NCBI GenBank assembly: GCA_051362555.1
Contig: CM120640.1
Span: 67,372,788 to 67,436,787 of the forward strand
Source of the DNA: Lingula anatina
Lineage: Eukaryota; Animalia; Brachiopoda
Length of the DNA: 64,000 nt
Direction of reading: 5' to 3'
Shown here piece after piece: positions 1 through 64,000 of this stretch. Position 1 is the stretch's first letter, and each line of letters starts with the position of its first letter. Both the position numbers and the translations under genes were made by a program. The notes below the pieces were generated by a model. That model saw only the letters and a program-made list of their open reading frames with translations. It was not told the origin of the DNA and searched no databases.

Positions 1-58714
<58,714 letters not shown>

Positions 58715-59257
58715 GTAAGAGAAACAGAAGTTTGATAAATGAAATGTTTCCTTTTTGATGGCACACTTCAAAAGTACATCTCTGTACGTGTTTCTAATTC
58801 AGCACCACAAAATTACCACATAATATGTCACCACACCTATTCTGGTTTGCAGCAAAAAAACATTTGTGCTGCCAAAGCAAAAAAAAAAAAAAAAAAAAAA
58901 TCACACTTGAAATGGAGCTTTCTGAACAAAAAGTTCCCATACTTGTATTGTACTTCCTTCCCAGTGAATAGGACATTTTTCATTTGAGGTGAAGTGTTAA
59001 ATACTTAGACCTTTTTCACAATAGAGTAAATAAGTCATTTTAGTGTAAAACTGCAGATGTATCCAGGCAGAAATGTAGTCTCTTTAGCCTTTTGATATTT
59101 TTTTGCATATATATTTTTTTGACTTGATAGGATTTTTTCTTAAAAAGAGGATCTTTTTTCTACAAACAATTAATTCTTATATCTGTTTATATTATGATAA
59201 TCATTATTTGTTAAATAAAATTCTTTTATCAAACTAATTTTATATACAGACACTCTA

Positions 59258-59505
59258 TGACTGTGTTCCCATGCCTAGATTGATTTAACTGGATTGACCC
59301 ATCTCCAAGGGGTTTCTCGCTAAATTGCTTTTAGCTTAAACATCTTATATATCTGGCACACCTACTGAAGCTGCTAAACGATAGTTAATTACCCTCTAAC
59401 AGCTTCAGTGGGTGTGCAAGACATCTAAGCCACTGAAGTTGATAGCAATATAGTGAGAACCCCCTTGGAGATAGATCGATCCAAAGTTAGTGGGAATGGT
59501 CTCTA
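59258..59505. mobile_element. Family-F palindromic MITE-like repeat
   Basis: ATCTCCAAGGGGTTTCTCGCTAAATTGC / GCAATATAGTGAGAACCCCCTTGGAGAT inverted arms. Confidence 0.62.
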
Positions 59506-59751
59506 TGTATCTGCATATAATCTTTTCACTGTCTCTGTAGTCAGGTTCCATCCAATGAATCTGTTGTTCACCCTATAACTGCCAAACCATATTTTTGTTT
59601 TATTACAACTTTGTTTAATGTCTGTGTTCCTTTTGACAATTGACATGATCAAATTATTTTTACAAAAGTAGCTTTTTTTTTTTTTTGCTTGTATTTTTGT
59701 GATGACTGTATGTTTTTCACTTCAACTTTTCTGAGTAACTTTTGAACATAA

Positions 59752-60733
59752 GGCCACACTTTTTTATTTTTATGGATGACATCCTGCGCGCGCACCGATT
59801 TTCGCCCGTTCTCCAAAAAACGAAAAAAAAAAAAAAATCCCCCCCCCAGCCCCCAACGAAGTCGGTTGTCGCAAAAGATGTTATTGAATTTGCCAGGAAA
59901 TGAGCTTTCTGCGCATGCGTATTATCGCCACGTGGAAATGCGGCCGCTTTGCCATCAAATTCATCTCTAGGATTACTTTCAAATTACACAACAATAAAAG
60001 TCATAAAGAGAACGGGCACCGTCGTTTTGGATTGGTATGCCATTGATATTGGGCATGGAGATATCACCTTTTTACAATTGTGTGAAAGGCTGGCGGCGGC
60101 CAGCAATTATTGCCCGAAAAATGTCTGTGACATTCTGTACAAAGCAGCACATTGATACCAGGTTTTCTGTAGCGAAAAAAGGGTCGACAAGGGAGTTGAG
60201 GTATTCGGTGGGCTGAAGGTCGGACAGGCCACCTGACAGTTTGGCTGCTTTGTGTGAGTTGAAGTAGACAAAATGACATCGTCCGAAATGACCTTAGTAG
60301 GTAGTATTATGCATATCTTTGCATCATTTTTTAAACACTTCTGTGAAGCGTTCAAAATGCTTTAATATTCTGAGAATACAAATAAAGACACACTTTTTGA
60401 CTGATATTTATTTTATTGATTGCTATACCAACTAAATGCATGAAATAACCTTAAATAGATTTGGTAATATGAAGTATAGCTATTCATGGCTTTTTTTTAC
60501 ATTTCTACAAAGTATTCACAATGCTTTAATATTTTGAGAGCATGGATAAAGACATATTGTTAGTTTGATAAGTGTTTCTGTGGTAAAATTTGTGTTTCCA
60601 GCTGTGTACTGACAGCATTCCTTTACTTAAGCAGTATTTCTTTTTGGACTGTTTTTTTGTTGTTTTTTTTTGCCCTCGCACCAATTTTGGGGTATCCAGA
60701 GGATGTCATCCATAAAAATAAAAAAGTGCGGCC
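59752..60733. mobile_element. PIF/Harbinger-type non-autonomous element
   Basis: 34-bp TIR GGCC(A/G)CACTTTTTTATTTTTATGGATGACATCCT with one mismatch, TAA duplicated on both sides. Confidence 0.85.
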
Positions 60734-63700
60734 TAAGTGTGGTTAGATGGTTTTAACATAAGTAATTGTTTACTGGAATATACCCGTTTCTGTAAAATGG
60801 AGCAATGGGAATGAATTTCTTTCGTTAAGATTTTGTATATTTACAAGCTTTGCTTTCATGGTGTAGTTGTTCACTCACTCAAATTTGTTCCCTATCCTGA
60901 CTTGTATAACTGAAAAATAATTAATGTTAATGAAATGAAAGCAATGTGATGATTTATGAAACCTTTTAACTTTATTTAAGAATCCTCATTTGATTATCTT
61001 TATGCACCCACATTTAAGGTGGCTGAAAAATGTCATAACTGTTTTTAATTGCATTAATTTAAACACAAGGGAAAACTTTTTAACTGAACCTTAACCTAAC
61101 ATTCATATGTGCATAGATGGGCCACTTTCTTTTTGGGTTTAAAAAAATGTAATACTTGACTCCAACCCAGCTCAATCAAATTTTGAACCAAGTTGATTGA
61201 GGGATTAATGTTTTTTAAAGGGTCATTTTAGTCTCTGCTTTAGATGCATTGTGCACTTGCCACAACAAGTTACAGTAAAAACAAGATAAAACTAACAAAT
61301 CAAAGGCCCTAATCTCATATTATTAAACAGTATCTTCAGTCGTTTAATTTTTTTTTTTATTATTATTACATGAGGTTTAGTGACTTGTTGGGCCTTTAAG
61401 TGCAAGTGCTTTTAAAAGAAACCAATTTTGTTTATTGGTATAAGTTTAAAGTACTTTAGCCAGAGTAAGTCAAGGTATCATTTGAATGAACACATATTGT
61501 CTACAGATGACTTACAGAAGAAGAAATGTGTATTTAAATAATTGTCTTACTATTGATGGAAAGTGAAACCCATTATATTCAGGTCAAGAGGAATAGAAGT
61601 GTTCTCCTTTGTAGGGCCTTATGAGAAGCAGTACAGTTGCATGCATTATGGATTAGATGTCTTATAGTAGCATTTTATGTTGTTCACACTTTTCCTTGAA
61701 TATGTGTTAAATGTGCCATCTTGTAGGTTGGCTGGAAAATGTAATGCTTTTATTTCTTTGAGCAAAAGGAAAAGAGAGAAAATTAATTCTCATGGGTGAT
61801 ATCACTTTGCCCATTTTGTTAATAGTGATAATTTTTTTTTTTGAAACATTTTGATGGTGACAGAGAAAATTTAAGGTATAATTATATAAAAAGATAGATG
61901 TACAAATGTAAGAAATACTGATGGCTGCCAGTAGACAATTATACATATATCTTAACTCATGGCATTTAGTTCAATATGATAGATAGATCCAAGGTAATGC
62001 TGCATCTACTTGTACTTCGAAGAGAAGGTGAGGACTCAATAACACTTAACAGAGTAATATAACTATCATTCCTCTTCAATATTTGGCCTTGATCTTAAAA
62101 TTTTGAAATAGGATTAAACATGGTGCATCCTAACAAAATGTAAAAATGATTAATTAGTATTTTTATTTATTTAGATTGTTCGTTTATTTAATCCTCCCCC
62201 TTTTTTTTTGGGGGGGGGTAGTAACTTCACCATCAATGTTTTTTTATTAATTTTAAATTTTTTAAGGATATATGAGTATAGATCAACAAACAAATTAGCC
62301 TTAAGTAAATAAAAACAATGCATTGAGAATGCATCCTGATTAAAGTGTTCTTAAGGTTTTCTTTCTCAAAAGCTTAGCCCTTGACCTGTTGTTCACATTT
62401 ATTCCTAAGAGAGAACTTGTCAAGATGTCCGTCAATTATTCTCTATTCCCAATACAATTAAAGTAGGGATTATTGCCAATTGATTAGAGCCGACCAATTT
62501 TATCTGTCCAGTGATATTGGTAATATCATCATGGCAAGGACAATTGCCCAAGTGCCAGTTGAGTACCGTATAAAGATCTCTGTTAAGTCAGGGACTGGAG
62601 AGTTGCAGGAGCCATTACTATCATTTGATTGGATTTGTTATAGGATGATTATGATAATTCTTGATTGTAAGGATCACTGATGCTGAATTTATTGGTCATT
62701 AACTCATTTAATACTGCTGTAATTATCCATATTTATATTCATGAGTTTGCCCTGAGCATTTAAGCTTTTGGGTTAAAAGATTGCATGATGTGTTATGCAG
62801 TATGCCATAGAAACTGGTCAGGCCAATCTGCTTTGAAATTTTCCAATTTTTTTTTTTGTTGGAAATGTAAATGTCTGCACAGAGGGCATCCTAACTACCA
62901 TTACTCTCAGCTCAGATGTTTGCACAGACACATGAGGAATACTGGTACCAGCTGCGATGTGATGATCTTTCACATACACCCATAATGTTTAGATATCTTC
63001 CTGTAGCATATTTCATGATAGGCATTGAGTTTTGGCATTATGAAAATACATATGTCTCCCTCTGTGTTGATATTTATATCTGCCCTCCTGAAGGTCATAG
63101 TGCATGACAGGGAGAACACAGAGGGTGAAGAGGGCATAGAGTGCATGGCAGGAAGGTCCGGGTTGAACTGTTAAAAAAACCTTTACAATTAACCTTTTTA
63201 TTAACGATGAAACATAGACTAAATATTGGTCATTTTAGTGTGTTATTTTGATGAATATATAGTGGTAGTTTGATAGGATACTTTACAGGGTTTTTTTTAA
63301 TTTAATTATGATAGGCTGTAATGACTTGAGGAAAACTTCTTGCACAAATACATGCAGTTAAATTACTTTTACTTTAGTGTAGTTAAATACTGTAGTGGTT
63401 ATACTGCCGCTATTTTTTCCTGGACTGCATATAAAACTTAGACTGGAAGAAAATTTCTTTCTGGCATTTCAAAACAAAATATGCTGTTTGAAGGTTGGTC
63501 AACATTTGACCAAAGAAGAATGCTGGTAGCACAAAGTTTCCATTTCAAAAAGAGCATTACATGTATTGATAGTCTTGTGCATTTATGTAAAATTGATTAG
63601 TATCTTGATGGAGCAGTAATTGCTCAGTAACTTTTTGTCAAATTGGCTATGGGTTCTATTTGATTGAAGACGAGTGTTCAAGTGGGACATTTTATAGATA

Positions 63701-64000
63701 TCATAACCCTTACAGTTGTTACTGTTAATGTTATGGTTCACTGTCAGTATGTTACTAAATATATATTATGTCCTGAATTGCAATTTCCCCAGCGATTTTG
63801 TTCCAGTTGAGCTCAGTTCACGGGCTCAGGACAATCAGTATTGGGCCCTGAAATGCTAACTTTGTTTTTTAATTCAAGAAAACCGCCCAAAATATTTATA
63901 TGCATCAAGTGCACTGTTAAGAAATTGACCAATATCTGATCATATTTATCTGGGGACCTTGCACAAAGAATGGTATTTCGGAATTTATTGATTCTTGGAA

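Overview
This is AT-rich animal genomic DNA, probably lophotrochozoan or mollusc-like (inferred from the repeat types). The whole window lies inside one + strand, multi-exon gene for an R3-subtype receptor protein tyrosine phosphatase (Ptp10D/PTPRB/PTPRJ-like). By reading splice sites and reading frames by hand I traced about 13 FN3 repeats, a membrane-proximal domain, a transmembrane exon and one PTP domain. The 5' end is outside the window and the last exon is uncertain. The main finding is that two exons of the catalytic domain are each present as a tandem, phase-matched, intact pair that can only be used one at a time. One pair encodes the pTyr-recognition loop (KNRF at 40076-40166, KNRY at 41091-41181). 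The other encodes the WPD loop plus the catalytic Cys (WPDH at 45603-45757, WPDF at 48895-49046). TGCATG (Rbfox-type) motifs sit in the same positions around both pairs, suggesting a coordinated active-site switch. There is also a candidate 36-nt microexon that would split the HC-SAGVGR P-loop, and candidate alternative juxtamembrane exons. The introns carry nested non-autonomous elements: two Helentron/HINE-like families, a TIR element with a decayed hAT-like remnant, and several MITEs. All exon calls come from sequence alone, with no transcript data.
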